Source of the DNA: Oscillospiraceae bacterium
Lineage (GTDB): Bacteria > Bacillota > Clostridia > Oscillospirales > CAG-272
Direction of reading: 5' to 3'
Length of the DNA: 64,000 nt
Assembly (NCBI GenBank): GCA_015064095.1
Contig: SVSW01000002.1
Location: 27,002 to 91,001 of the forward strand
Below are positions 1-9,153 of this stretch, piece by piece (position 1 is the first letter of the stretch; every line of letters begins with the position of its first letter). Both the position numbers and the translations under genes were made by a program. The notes below the pieces were generated by a model that ran no database searches, was not told the origin of the DNA, and saw only the letters and a program-made list of their open reading frames with translations.

Positions 1-485
1 TCTTTTTTCTTGAAAATGCAAGCGAAGATATAGCCAAATCCCGCCTTTACGGTGCGGACAAAGCCCATGCTTTTGAGCGTTTCGGGCGTTAATGTGATCG
101 GGTATGCAAAGAATTTTTTGAGGAAGTATATCCTCGAAACGCGGCGGCGAATGAGCATGACCTCGTCCTCGGTCTCGGGGTCGGGTCCGCCCTTCGCAAG
201 CTCCTTTTCGGTGTTATTCAGTATAATGTCGTCGCGTGACGGCGCGCCCTGCGTGGGCATGATCTCCTGCCAAAGCGCGTTGACCTCTGCGTTCTTTGTG
301 AAAAAGCGGTGGCCGCCGATGTCCATGCGGTTGCCGTTATGCTCAGCGGTTCTCGAAATACCGCCGACAAAGTCCTCCTCCTCAAGAATTATGGGCTTTA
401 TGTCGGTCTCCTTCAAAAGACAAAGCGCGGCAGTCAGACCCGCGGGGCCTGCTCCGATGATTATTGCGGTTCTCTTTTTTTCCAT
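1..485 (-). CDS. NAD(P)/FAD-dependent oxidoreductase, N-terminal part (gene runs off the left edge)
   Basis: The minus-strand translation from the ATG (complement of 483-485) reads [24 protein letters not shown]...[19 protein letters not shown]. This is a GxGxxG dinucleotide-binding fold of the amine-oxidase/UDP-galactopyranose-mutase type. It is not in the ORF track because no stop lies inside the window. The + strand ORF 52..576 is its antisense shadow. Confidence 0.75.
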   Translation of the reverse strand, partial: MEKKRTAIIIGAGPAGLTAALCLLKETDIKPIILEEEDFVGGISRTAEHNGNRMDIGGHRFFTKNAEVNALWQEIMPTQGAPSRDDIILNNTEKELAKGGPDPETEDEVMLIRRRVSRIYFLKKFFAYPITLTPETLKSMGFVRTVKAGFGYIFACIFKKK

Positions 486-572
486 AATCTGTTTCCCCTA
501 TTATAGTTATACGTTTAGATTATACCATAATTTATTTAACATTGCAATCGTTTTTGCAAAAAAAGCCGCCTG

Positions 573-601
573 TTGACAGCTTTCGAGCAAAATGGTATAA
601 T
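573..601 (+). promoter_or_regulatory. sigma-A type promoter, TTGACA-17-TATAAT
   Basis: TTGACA at 573-578 and TATAAT at 596-601 with a 17-nt spacer, about 30 nt upstream of the AGGAG RBS/ATG at 630. Confidence 0.6.
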
Positions 602-629
602 TATCTTATAAAAATCTAAGGAGATCGCA

Positions 630-1919
630 ATGCTTTCCGAAAACACCGTCAAAGCCTACACGGATATACTGAGATCGGAGCTTGTGCCCGCCATGGGCTG
701 CACCGAGCCGATCGCGATCGCTTATGCCGCGGCTATCCTGCGAGATGCCCTCGGCGAGCGCCCGACCGAGCTTCACCTCGCCCTTTCGGGCAATATTATA
801 AAGAATGTCAAAAGCGTGATAGTGCCTGCCACGGGCGGAATGCACGGTATTGCCGCGGCTGTTGCCGCAGGCATCGTTTCGGCACGCCCCGACCGCCGTC
901 TTGAAGTGCTTTGCGCGCTAACCGACGCCGATATCCCCGATATTGCCGACGTCGTCAAAACCACGCCGCTTGATATCTCCGAGCTTGACACCGAGCTCGC
1001 CTTTGAGCTTGACCTTATCGGCTGCACGGATAAAAAAACCGCGCGCGTGCGCGTTATGGAACGCCACACGAACATCGTTTCGGTGACCGCAGACGACAAA
1101 GATCTCACCGAAAAATACCGCGACGGCGAGACGGACACCCCGACATATGACGCCGAGCGCGAAGCGCTCACGGTTGAAAGCATAGTTGAGTTTGCCGACA
1201 CGGTTGACCTCTCGGAGCTGAAGCCCTATATAAAACGCCAGCTCGAGCTTAATCTCGCTATTGCAAAGGAAGGCCTGACAGGAAAGTACGGAGCAGCGAT
1301 TGGTGCAACGATACTCTCCTCCGAAGCCACGCTGCGCGACCGCGCAAAGGCTTACGCCGCCGCAGGCTCGGACGCGCGAATGAGTGGCTGCGAGCTGCCC
1401 GTTTGCATAATTTCAGGCAGCGGAAACCAGGGCATGACAGCCTCTTTGCCCGTTGCGATCTATGCCGACGCTTGGGGAGTTCCCGAAGAAAAGCTGATCC
1501 GCGCGATGATCGTTTCCGATCTCATTACGGTACATCAAAAAACGGGTATTGGCTGTCTGTCGGCATACTGCGGAGCTATTTCCGCAGGCTGCGGCTGCGG
1601 CTGCGGTATAGCCTACCTCGCGGGCGGCGGATTTTACGAGATCGCCCACACGCTCGTCAACTCGATCGCGATCCTTTCCGGCACGATATGCGACGGTGCG
1701 AAGCCCTCTTGCGCCGCAAAGATCGCAATGGCGGTCGAGGCGGGAATTCTCGGATACGAGATGATGCGCTCGGGTCACCAGTTCTACGGCGGCGACGGTA
1801 TCGTTACAAAGGGCGTTGAAAACACGATAAAAAACATCGGCAAGCTCGCGCGCGACGGCATGAGCGAGACCGACAAACAAATTATAAAAATAATGCTTGA
1901 AGATAAAACGGGCGGCTGA
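630..1919 (+). CDS. UPF0597 / L-cysteine desulfidase family protein (YhaM/CyuA-like, serine dehydratase alpha-like fold)
   Basis: 429-aa ORF with the hallmark N-terminus ELVPAMGCTEPIAIAYAAA and a Cys/Gly-rich core (SGSGNQG, CGAISAGCGCGCG, CDGAKPSCA). Confidence 0.8.
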   Translation: MLSENTVKAYTDILRSELVPAMGCTEPIAIAYAAAILRDALGERPTELHLALSGNIIKNVKSVIVPATGGMHGIAAAVAAGIVSARPDRRLEVLCALTDADIPDIADVVKTTPLDISELDTELAFELDLIGCTDKKTARVRVMERHTNIVSVTADDKDLTEKYRDGETDTPTYDAEREALTVESIVEFADTVDLSELKPYIKRQLELNLAIAKEGLTGKYGAAIGATILSSEATLRDRAKAYAAAGSDARMSGCELPVCIISGSGNQGMTASLPVAIYADAWGVPEEKLIRAMIVSDLITVHQKTGIGCLSAYCGAISAGCGCGCGIAYLAGGGFYEIAHTLVNSIAILSGTICDGAKPSCAAKIAMAVEAGILGYEMMRSGHQFYGGDGIVTKGVENTIKNIGKLARDGMSETDKQIIKIMLEDKTGG

Positions 1920-1931
1920 AAGCCGCCCGTT

Positions 1932-3182
1932 TTATCTTATTTCTCCGTTTCCGTCGATGAGATATTTCTCCGTCGTCAGCGCGCGCAGTCCCATCGGACC
2001 TCTTGCGTGGAGCTTTTGCGTTGAAATGCCTATCTCCGCGCCGAAGCCGAATTCGCCGCCGTCCGTAAAACGCGTCGATGCGTTGACATACACCGCCGCC
2101 GAGTCGATACGGCTCTGAAATTTCTTCGCGTTCTCGTACGAGCGAGTGACTATCGCCTCGCTGTGCTTCGTGCTGTATTTATTTATATGCTCGATCGCCT
2201 CGTCAACGCCCGACACAACTCCGACCGCGAGAATATAATCGTCATATTCCGTGGAGAAATCCTCCTCCTCTGCTTCGTGCGCGCCGTCAACGTACGGCTT
2301 TGACCTTTCATCGCAGCGGAACTCGACGCCGTACCATTTCATCGCGTCGGCGATCAAGGGCAGCACCTTATCTGCGATCTTTTCGTGAACCAAAAGCGTT
2401 TCTATCGCGTTGCACACCGCAGGACGGCTGCATTTTGCATTGACGGCAATTTTGACCGCCATATCAAGGTCTGCCGACTCGTCTATATAAAGATGGCAAT
2501 TTCCGGCGCCCGTTTCGATAACGGGAATTTTGGATTTTGCCTTGACTGCGCCGATCAGGCGCCGAGATCCGCGAGGGATCAGGACGTCGACGTATTCCGT
2601 CATCTGCATAAGAATATTTGCGCCCTCGTGCGAGGTGTCTTCTATAAGACCGACGCAATTCGGATCAAGGCCTGCTGCCGACAGTGCGTTTTTCATGAGC
2701 GAAACGAGCGCGATATTCGTGTTTATCGCCTCTTTTCCGCCGCGAAGGACGGTGGCGTTGCCCGTTTTGATGCAAAGCGCGGCGGCATCGACCGTGACGT
2801 TCGGGCGAGCCTCAAATATTATCCCTATGACGCCGAGCGGCACGCGCACGGCGCGGATCGTGATCCCCGACGGGCGAGTCCACGTTTCGCCCGCGCCGAT
2901 CGGGTCGGTCTGTGCGACGAGCTCCGTGAGCGCGTCTGCGATTCCCTTTATCCTCTTTTCGTCAAGCGCAAGACGGTCGATCATGTGGGGCGCGACCCCG
3001 TTTTTCTCTGCCGATGCAAGATCGGCCTTATTTGCCTCGATTATTTTATCCGAGTTCGCAACGAGCGCCTCGGCTATATTCAAAAGTGCGGTGTTTTTCT
3101 CCTTCGTTCCCGCCTCGGCAAGCGACGGCGCCGCCTTTGCGACCCCTGCGCAAAGTGCCCTTATTTCTTCGAAAAGCTCCAT
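1932..3182 (-). CDS. proA: gamma-glutamyl phosphate reductase
   Basis: 416-aa ORF of the aldehyde-dehydrogenase superfamily. It has the typical ProA N-terminus (..AKAAPSLAEAGTKEKNTALLNIAEAL..IIEANKADL) and C-terminus (STRFTDGGEFGFGAEIGISTQKLHARGPMGL). Confidence 0.93.
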   Translation of the reverse strand: MELFEEIRALCAGVAKAAPSLAEAGTKEKNTALLNIAEALVANSDKIIEANKADLASAEKNGVAPHMIDRLALDEKRIKGIADALTELVAQTDPIGAGETWTRPSGITIRAVRVPLGVIGIIFEARPNVTVDAAALCIKTGNATVLRGGKEAINTNIALVSLMKNALSAAGLDPNCVGLIEDTSHEGANILMQMTEYVDVLIPRGSRRLIGAVKAKSKIPVIETGAGNCHLYIDESADLDMAVKIAVNAKCSRPAVCNAIETLLVHEKIADKVLPLIADAMKWYGVEFRCDERSKPYVDGAHEAEEEDFSTEYDDYILAVGVVSGVDEAIEHINKYSTKHSEAIVTRSYENAKKFQSRIDSAAVYVNASTRFTDGGEFGFGAEIGISTQKLHARGPMGLRALTTEKYLIDGNGEIR

Positions 3183-3248
3183 CTTTATCTCCTTTTGCTG
3201 AATTTTTCGTGATCTTCTCCGTTTTGCCGCATCGGCGACAAATTTTGC

Positions 3249-3277
3249 TTGACAATTTTATAAAACGGATATATAAT
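3249..3277 (+). promoter_or_regulatory. consensus sigma-A promoter for tRNA-Gly
   Basis: TTGACA 3249-3254, 17-nt spacer, TATAAT 3272-3277. The tRNA 5' end lies 10 nt downstream. Confidence 0.65.
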
Positions 3278-3286
3278 GTCATTTAC

Positions 3287-3360
3287 GCGGGTATAGTCTA
3301 ATGGTAAAACTTCGGCTTCCCAAGCCGACCACGCGGGTTCGATTCCCGTTACCCGCTCCA
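3287..3360 (+). tRNA. tRNA-Gly (anticodon CCC), CCA encoded
   Basis: Cloverleaf read by eye. The acceptor GCGGGTA pairs with TACCCGC. The anticodon arm is TCGGC-TTCCCAA-GCCGA. The T-arm is GGTTCGATTCC and the 3' end is TCCA. Confidence 0.95.
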
Positions 3361-3363
3361 TCG

Positions 3364-3406
3364 GCAGTGCAGCCCCAAATCCGAGGGCGGGCACTGCTGA
3401 TTTTTT
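3364..3406 (+). terminator. rho-independent terminator after tRNA-Gly
   Basis: GCAGTGC...GCACTGC stem followed by TGATTTTTT. Confidence 0.6.
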
Positions 3407-3469
3407 ATTTATATATTAGAATTATATCACAAAAAGCCCCCGTGTCAAGCAAAAAAGTGCGCGAATTGC

Positions 3470-3498
3470 TTGAAAATCGTTTGTTTATATGATATAAT
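3470..3498 (+). promoter_or_regulatory. sigma-A promoter upstream of hisS (TTGAAA-17-TATAAT)
   Basis: TTGAAA 3470-3475 and TATAAT 3493-3498. There is no room for a T-box leader before the hisS ATG. Confidence 0.55.
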
Positions 3499-3540
3499 AA
3501 GTTGATTATAATGCAAAAGTTTTTCTTTAAGGAGTTTAAC

Positions 3541-4839
3541 ATGAGCGAAATCAGGCTTTCAACAAATCCATACAAGGGCACGCGCGATTTTTACCCCACC
3601 GATATGCGTCTTCGCAACTGGTTTTTTGGCAAGATAAGATCGACACTTCTGGCCTCGTGCTTTGACGAGTACGGCGGCCCGATGCTCGAATCCCTTGATC
3701 TCTATATCGCAAAAAGCGGCGAGGAGCTTGCAGGCGAGCAAACATATAATTTTGAGGATCGCGGACATCGCAGAATGGCGATCCGCCCCGAAATGACCCC
3801 CACCGTTGCACGCATGGTCGCAGGCAAGATCGGCGAGCTGAATTTCCCCCTGCGCTGGTTCTCGATACCAAATATGTATCGCTGTGAAAATCCTCAGCGC
3901 GGCCGTTTGCGCGAGTTTTGGCAGGTCAACGTCGATATCTTCGGCTGCGACACCTACGAGGCGGATCTTGAAACTATCGTCAGCGCCGTTCGTCTTCTTA
4001 CGGCCTTCGGGGCTGATTCTTCGATGTTCACCGTTCACATAAGCAACCGCCGTTTCTTCAACGACGTTGTTTCCTCGATCGCCGACACCGACATTGAGGG
4101 CTGCCGCAAAATTTCAAAGATAATAGATAAAAGAAAGAAGATCCCGCGCGAGGTCTATGAAAACGAGCTCAAGGCTCTCTCTATGACCGACGAGCAGATC
4201 GCAACCCTCGATTCGCTCTACACGGCGACAGTTGAGCAGGCGACGGCTCTTTGCCCCGACTCCGTCGGCTCTGCCGAGCTTCTGCATCTTTTTGAAATGC
4301 TCAAAAAGATCGGTCTTTCGGATTACTGCTGCTTCGATTTCGGCATAATCCGCGGTCTTGATTACTACACGGGCACCGTCTTCGAGGTCTTTGACAACGC
4401 GCCCGAAAACAATCGCGCCATGTTCGGCGGCGGCAGATACGACAATCTTGTCGGCCTTTTCGTCAAGAACGCAAAGGTATCGGGCGTCGGATACGGCATG
4501 GGCGACGTTACGCTTGAAAACTTCCTCTTTACACATAATCTCGTGCCGGCCGAGCTCTGCGAAAAAAAGGTGCTCATCACGCGCTTTGCCGACGTGCCCT
4601 ACGAGGCTTATATGTCGGTTTCGGACAAGCTCTATGCCCTCGGCGTGACCGCCTCGGTCTACCTCGGCGTAAAGAAATTCGGCAAGCAGATCGACTACGC
4701 CGCAAAAGAAAATTACAGCCACGTGATCATAATGGGCGGTGACGAGCTCGCCGCAAATTCGGTCAAGATCAAAAACCTTGCAACGCGCGAGGAAAAGACC
4801 GTTGCCCTTGACACCCTGACGGCTGACGATTTTAACTGA
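3541..4839 (+). CDS. hisS: histidine--tRNA ligase
   Basis: Class II aaRS motifs are present (RPEMTP, FWQVNVDIFG, RGLDYYTG, GGGRYDNL). I chose the start at the ATG 3541 behind AAGGAG rather than the track start at 3502. Confidence 0.93.
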   Translation: MSEIRLSTNPYKGTRDFYPTDMRLRNWFFGKIRSTLLASCFDEYGGPMLESLDLYIAKSGEELAGEQTYNFEDRGHRRMAIRPEMTPTVARMVAGKIGELNFPLRWFSIPNMYRCENPQRGRLREFWQVNVDIFGCDTYEADLETIVSAVRLLTAFGADSSMFTVHISNRRFFNDVVSSIADTDIEGCRKISKIIDKRKKIPREVYENELKALSMTDEQIATLDSLYTATVEQATALCPDSVGSAELLHLFEMLKKIGLSDYCCFDFGIIRGLDYYTGTVFEVFDNAPENNRAMFGGGRYDNLVGLFVKNAKVSGVGYGMGDVTLENFLFTHNLVPAELCEKKVLITRFADVPYEAYMSVSDKLYALGVTASVYLGVKKFGKQIDYAAKENYSHVIIMGGDELAANSVKIKNLATREEKTVALDTLTADDFN

Positions 4840-4840
4840 T

Positions 4841-5377
4841 ATGAAGATAATCATGTTTTTGGCCGACGGCTTTGAAGAAGTCGAGGCACTCGCGCCGCTT
4901 GATATTTTGCGACGCGCGGGGCTCTGCGTTAAAACTGTCGGTATCGGCAAAAAAGAGATCGTCGGCGCACACGGAATAAAGGTCGTATCCGACCTTTGCG
5001 AGTGCGAATTCGACGGCGAGGCAGACTGCGTTTTTCTGCCCGGCGGTATGCCCGGAACGCTCAATCTCGATGCATCACGCATTGTTGAAGACACGGTCTT
5101 GCGCGTTGCCCAAAGCGGATATCTCGTTGCCATATGCGCCGCACCGCGTGTTCTCGGTCGCCTCGGTCTGCTTGACGGCCGCCGCTTCACCTGCTATCCC
5201 GGCACGGAGGCGCTGATAAAAAACGGCATTTTTACGCCCGATCGGGTGGTCACGGACGGAAAAGTTATAACCGCGCGCGGCATGGGCTGCGCCGTTGAGC
5301 TCGGTTTGACCCTCGTTTCGATCTTCTGCGGCAAGGAAAAAGCCGACGCGCTTCGCGCCGCGACCATCTCCGAATGA
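4841..5377 (+). CDS. DJ-1/PfpI family protein
   Basis: 178 aa with MKIIMFLADGFEEVEALAPLDILRRAG and the nucleophile-elbow context AICAAP. Confidence 0.85.
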   Translation: MKIIMFLADGFEEVEALAPLDILRRAGLCVKTVGIGKKEIVGAHGIKVVSDLCECEFDGEADCVFLPGGMPGTLNLDASRIVEDTVLRVAQSGYLVAICAAPRVLGRLGLLDGRRFTCYPGTEALIKNGIFTPDRVVTDGKVITARGMGCAVELGLTLVSIFCGKEKADALRAATISE

Positions 5378-5931
5378 AGCTCGCAAAATCCCTTTTGCGC
5401 CGCGAGCTGCTCGAAAAAAGACGCGCTTTGGCTGAAAAACGGTCGATAGATCTGAAAATTTTTGAAAATCTTATCTCCCTGCCCGAATACAAGACGGCCG
5501 ACCTTATCCTGCTTTATTGCTCCTACGGTGACGAGGTCGATACGCAAGAGCTCGCGCAGCGCGCCGCTTTCGACAGAAAGCGCATCGCGTTTCCGCGATG
5601 CTTGATCGGCGGCGGTGAGAAAAGCATGGATTTTTACGAGTGCTCGCCGGGCGAGCTGGTCGCGGGCTACCGCGGTATCCCCGAGCCGCCGATCGGCGCG
5701 CCGCGCGCACACTGTGACAAAAATACGCTTTGCATCGTGCCGGCGCTCGCATATGACGAAAAAAAGAACCGCCTCGGCTACGGCGGCGGTTTTTATGACC
5801 GATATCTTGAAGATTTCGAGGGCACAACGGTCGGTCTTTGCCGCGCGGACTTTCTTTTCAAGAGCCTTCCGCGCGAAGAATTCGATCTGCCCGTCGATAT
5901 AGTAATTACGGAGAAAGGACTGATAAAATGA
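5374..5931 (+). CDS. 5-formyltetrahydrofolate cyclo-ligase
   Basis: 185 aa with GIPEP and RLGYGGGFYDRYL motifs. ATGA overlap with the upstream gene. Confidence 0.85.
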   Translation: MKLAKSLLRRELLEKRRALAEKRSIDLKIFENLISLPEYKTADLILLYCSYGDEVDTQELAQRAAFDRKRIAFPRCLIGGGEKSMDFYECSPGELVAGYRGIPEPPIGAPRAHCDKNTLCIVPALAYDEKKNRLGYGGGFYDRYLEDFEGTTVGLCRADFLFKSLPREEFDLPVDIVITEKGLIK

Positions 5932-6890
5932 AGAAACGGCTCGAAAAATTTGAGCTTCGCCCGTCGCTTTTGGTGCTTTTCGTATATATCATGCTCCTTT
6001 TTTCACGCTTTTTGGTCGGCGGTCTTGAAGCGGGCACGAGCCAATATCTTGCGGCGGTCATTTTGCAGCTTTTGACATTTTTGATCCCCGCTGTGCTCTT
6101 TTATCGCCTGCGCACAACGGGGCGGTTTCCTCTTGAACCGCAAAAGCGCATACGCTATATAAAACGCCTGCGCATGACCCCTCCGAGCGCGCGCCACGCG
6201 CTGATAATTGCGGCGGCGGTGCTTGCGCTTATCGCAGGCTGCTTGCTTTTCAGCATAAGCTTTGACGGGGGCAGCTCCTTTGAGGGCAATTTCACGCTCT
6301 ACGACACCTTCGCGGCAAAAAAGGACGGCACGGCGCTCGGCGCGCTCGGACTTGTTCTCGCTTACGCCGTTTTGCCCGCGGTATGCGAGGAGCTCGTTTT
6401 CAGGGGCATTATTTGCGCGGAATACGAGGGGCGCGGCGTTATCTTCTCATTTACGATGTCGACCTTCTTTTTCGCCCTGCTCCATTTCAATCCCGAAAAG
6501 CTCCTCTCGCACGTTTTTGCGGGTCTTGTGCTCGCGGCACTGCTATATGCCACGCGCTCCGTTTTCTCCTGCATGATCGCGCATTTTCTTTATAATATTT
6601 TCGGAATTTTCGGTCAACAGTACATAACGGAGTTTTATATCACCTCCGGCTCACTCGGTGTTTTCATTTTTATTATGATAACGGTGCTGATACTCGCCGC
6701 CGCGGTCTTTTGCGGTCAGGCGGCTCGGCTTTACCGCCGTTATTCCGTCAAGGACGCCCCGTCCGATTACCGGGAGCCGCACACAAGAGCGGAGCTTTCG
6801 GCGGCGTTTGCCGAGGTTATCAAAACACCTTCCGTCATAGCCTGTGTCGCTCTTTACGTCGTTTTCGTTATTATCAACCTGATAATCTAA
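5928..6890 (+). CDS. CPBP family intramembrane glutamic endopeptidase (CAAX protease-like)
   Basis: Multi-TM protein with EELVFRG, FFALLHF and HFLYN motifs. The start is taken at ATG 5928 (ATGA overlap) rather than the track start 5838. Confidence 0.75.
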   Translation: MKKRLEKFELRPSLLVLFVYIMLLFSRFLVGGLEAGTSQYLAAVILQLLTFLIPAVLFYRLRTTGRFPLEPQKRIRYIKRLRMTPPSARHALIIAAAVLALIAGCLLFSISFDGGSSFEGNFTLYDTFAAKKDGTALGALGLVLAYAVLPAVCEELVFRGIICAEYEGRGVIFSFTMSTFFFALLHFNPEKLLSHVFAGLVLAALLYATRSVFSCMIAHFLYNIFGIFGQQYITEFYITSGSLGVFIFIMITVLILAAAVFCGQAARLYRRYSVKDAPSDYREPHTRAELSAAFAEVIKTPSVIACVALYVVFVIINLII

Positions 6891-6909
6891 AATAAAAAGG
6901 AATAAAATT

Positions 6910-7977
6910 ATGTCACATCTTTCAAATATTCAAAAAAATCTGAAAACGGACGCCTTGCTCGTAACATCTGAGGTGAATCTCCGTTATCTCACAGGCTTCC
7001 ATTATTCCGACGGCTGCACCGTGGTTACGCGCGACCGCGCTTATCTCATCACGGATTTTCGCTACAAGGAGGCGGCAGAGGCTACCGTTTCCGATGAATT
7101 TACCGTTCTCTGCCCGCAAAGCATAAAGAACACGCTTTGCGAGCTTTTGAGCTCTGACGGAGCTTTCACCGTAGCTGTTGAGGAGGCGACCCTTTCGGCA
7201 CAGGATCTCGAGCGTCTGCGCGCCCTCTTGCCGAAAACCGAATTTTCCTTCGGCGGCTCGGCTCTGCTCGACGGCGCGCGCCGTATAAAGGACGCCGGCG
7301 AGATCGAAAAAATGAAGCGCGCGCAGGCAATAACCGACGCCGCTTTTGAGCATATCCTAAACTTTATAGACCCCTCTCGCACCGAGGTCGAGATCGCCTT
7401 GGAGCTTGAATTTTTCATGCGCTCGCACGGCGCTGAGTCCGTCGCGTTCCAGACGATAACCGTTTCCGGCTCCGCCTCGTCCTTGCCCCACGGCGTGCCG
7501 CGCCCCGTCAAGCTTGAGCGCGGTTTTCTCACAATGGATTTCGGCGCGTGCGTTGACGGCTACTGCTCCGATATGACGCGGACCGTCGTTATCGGAAATG
7601 CCGACGGAGAAATAAAAAGACTTTATAACACCGTGCTTGCCGCCCAGCTTGCCGCCCTTGATGCGGCAGAAAAAGGCGAGCGCTCGGGATTTATGCTCGA
7701 CAAAATCGCGCGCGACGTCATTGATGACGCAGGCTACCGCGGCGCTTTCGGCCACTCGCTCGGACACGGCGTCGGAATGTATATTCACGAAGCGCCGCGC
7801 CTTGCTCCGCGCACACCGAAGGACGAGCTGCTCTGCCCCGGAAACGTTGTAACCTTTGAGCCCGGAATTTATCTTGAAGGCAAATACGGCTGCCGTATTG
7901 AAGATATGGCGGTGATCACCGAGGACGGCATCTACAATTTCACCAAGAGCACAAAAGAGCTTATTGAGATAAAATAA
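6910..7977 (+). CDS. M24 family Xaa-Pro aminopeptidase/dipeptidase
   Basis: 355 aa with a creatinase-like N-domain and pita-bread metal ligands (DFGA..DGYCSDMTRT, HSLGHGVGMYIHE, EPGIY, RIED). Confidence 0.88.
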   Translation: MSHLSNIQKNLKTDALLVTSEVNLRYLTGFHYSDGCTVVTRDRAYLITDFRYKEAAEATVSDEFTVLCPQSIKNTLCELLSSDGAFTVAVEEATLSAQDLERLRALLPKTEFSFGGSALLDGARRIKDAGEIEKMKRAQAITDAAFEHILNFIDPSRTEVEIALELEFFMRSHGAESVAFQTITVSGSASSLPHGVPRPVKLERGFLTMDFGACVDGYCSDMTRTVVIGNADGEIKRLYNTVLAAQLAALDAAEKGERSGFMLDKIARDVIDDAGYRGAFGHSLGHGVGMYIHEAPRLAPRTPKDELLCPGNVVTFEPGIYLEGKYGCRIEDMAVITEDGIYNFTKSTKELIEIK

Positions 7978-7985
7978 CCCGAAAA

Positions 7986-8013
7986 GGACCGCGCAAATGC
8001 GCGGTTCTTTTTT
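7986..8013 (+). terminator. rho-independent terminator
   Basis: GACCGCGC-AAAT-GCGCGGTTC stem followed by TTTTTT. Confidence 0.7.
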
Positions 8014-8154
8014 GCTCATCGGTTCATATAATTAATGTAGGCAAAAGCCGTGAATATGTACAATTTTATGCGAAACTATTGACGAAAAAAGAATTTGATG
8101 GTAAAATGAAAGCGGGTAAAACCAAAATTTATTATTTTAAAAAGGAGTTCTATT

Positions 8155-9153
8155 ATGGTTTCCGAAAAAACTCAGAACAACGCCATGGCAAAGAGCTTTA
8201 AATCACCCCTCTTTTTGGTGATCGCCATTCTCTTCTCCGTGGTTACCGCCGCTTCTCTTATTGGATTGTTTACATCGGGATTTGAGTTCATGCTTCTCCT
8301 CCCCCTTGCATTCTCGATCGTTTCGACGGTTTTTGCATGGCTTCTCTATGCAACAGATTTCAGCGAAAAAAAGCTTAAAAATCTTCGTCTTCACTTCGCT
8401 TACCAGAAGATCATGACGACTATTTTGACTGTTCTTGTTTGCATTCTTGCAGCCGTCCTCATTATAGGTTGCATTTTCCTTACAACGCTTGCTGATGCGC
8501 TCAAGACCGAGCTCCTCCCCGTTCTTAAAGAGGAAATAAAGCCCATGCTCGAGGATATCGTTGAAAACGCAGACGCGTTCGAGAACGGTGAGGTCGATAT
8601 GGACGAAATGATGGCACAGCTTCCCCCCGAGATCTCGGAAATGCTCGGCGGCATGGGCGATTTTGACATGGTCGAAATGGCTCAGACCGCACTTGACGCA
8701 ATGGACGTCGTTATCGGAGTTATCGAGGCAGGATTCATTATCCTCACGATCATCGTTACCGTCGTTTGCGCTCTCGTGATCACCGCGTTCGTGCTTGTCG
8801 GCAAGGCTCTCAAAAAGACCTCTAAGTACATAAAAGCTCTTGCAGACGGCACCGATGCCGGCAAGAAGCCTCCGTTCGTCATTCTCTTTATCGGCGGCGG
8901 ACTTATTGCCATTGGCGGACTTCTCACCATCGGCTCCGACTTCATCGGCGCGCTCTCAATACTTGCCACGGCGGCACTTCTCATTCTCTTCGCTGTCTTC
9001 TTCAAGCAGCTCAATGCAGACCGCGACAGCTTCGTCGCCGAGGCTGCTGCTCCCGCAGTTGAGGAAGCTCCCGCAGTTGAGGAAGCTCCCGCAGTTGAGG
9101 AAGCTCCCGCAGTTGAGGAAGCTCCCGCAGTCGAGGAGACCCCTGCTGAATAA
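8155..9153 (+). CDS. hypothetical multi-pass membrane protein with acidic Pro/Ala/Glu repeat tail
   Basis: 332-aa ORF with several hydrophobic helices, an acidic loop, and a C-terminal (APAVEE)n tail. I recognised no family. Confidence 0.7.
   Translation: MVSEKTQNNAMAKSFKSPLFLVIAILFSVVTAASLIGLFTSGFEFMLLLPLAFSIVSTVFAWLLYATDFSEKKLKNLRLHFAYQKIMTTILTVLVCILAAVLIIGCIFLTTLADALKTELLPVLKEEIKPMLEDIVENADAFENGEVDMDEMMAQLPPEISEMLGGMGDFDMVEMAQTALDAMDVVIGVIEAGFIILTIIVTVVCALVITAFVLVGKALKKTSKYIKALADGTDAGKKPPFVILFIGGGLIAIGGLLTIGSDFIGALSILATAALLILFAVFFKQLNADRDSFVAEAAAPAVEEAPAVEEAPAVEEAPAVEEAPAVEETPAE
9049..9138 (+). repeat. 5 tandem copies of an 18-bp unit GCTCCCGCAGTTGAGGAA (in-frame, encodes APAVEE)
   Basis: Four identical units at 9049-9120 and a fifth, slightly diverged unit at 9121-9138. 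Confidence 0.9.

Noticed and set aside
52-576. 174-aa + strand ORF at the left edge, and the nested 309..506 ORF
   Set aside because: It is antisense to a much better minus-strand gene whose product begins with a textbook GxGxxG FAD/NAD-binding motif. The + strand translation is low-complexity and Ser/Arg-rich.
3361-3540. T-box leaders upstream of hisS (and likewise aspS, pheA)
   Set aside because: The available leaders are too short. They also lack a specifier-loop/T-box (GGUGGUACCGCG-like) sequence and a terminator-antiterminator pair.
9049-9138. Possibility that the 18-bp direct repeats are a CRISPR array
   Set aside because: The units are contiguous with no spacers, are in frame within an ORF, and no cas genes are nearby. 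This is a coding tandem repeat.
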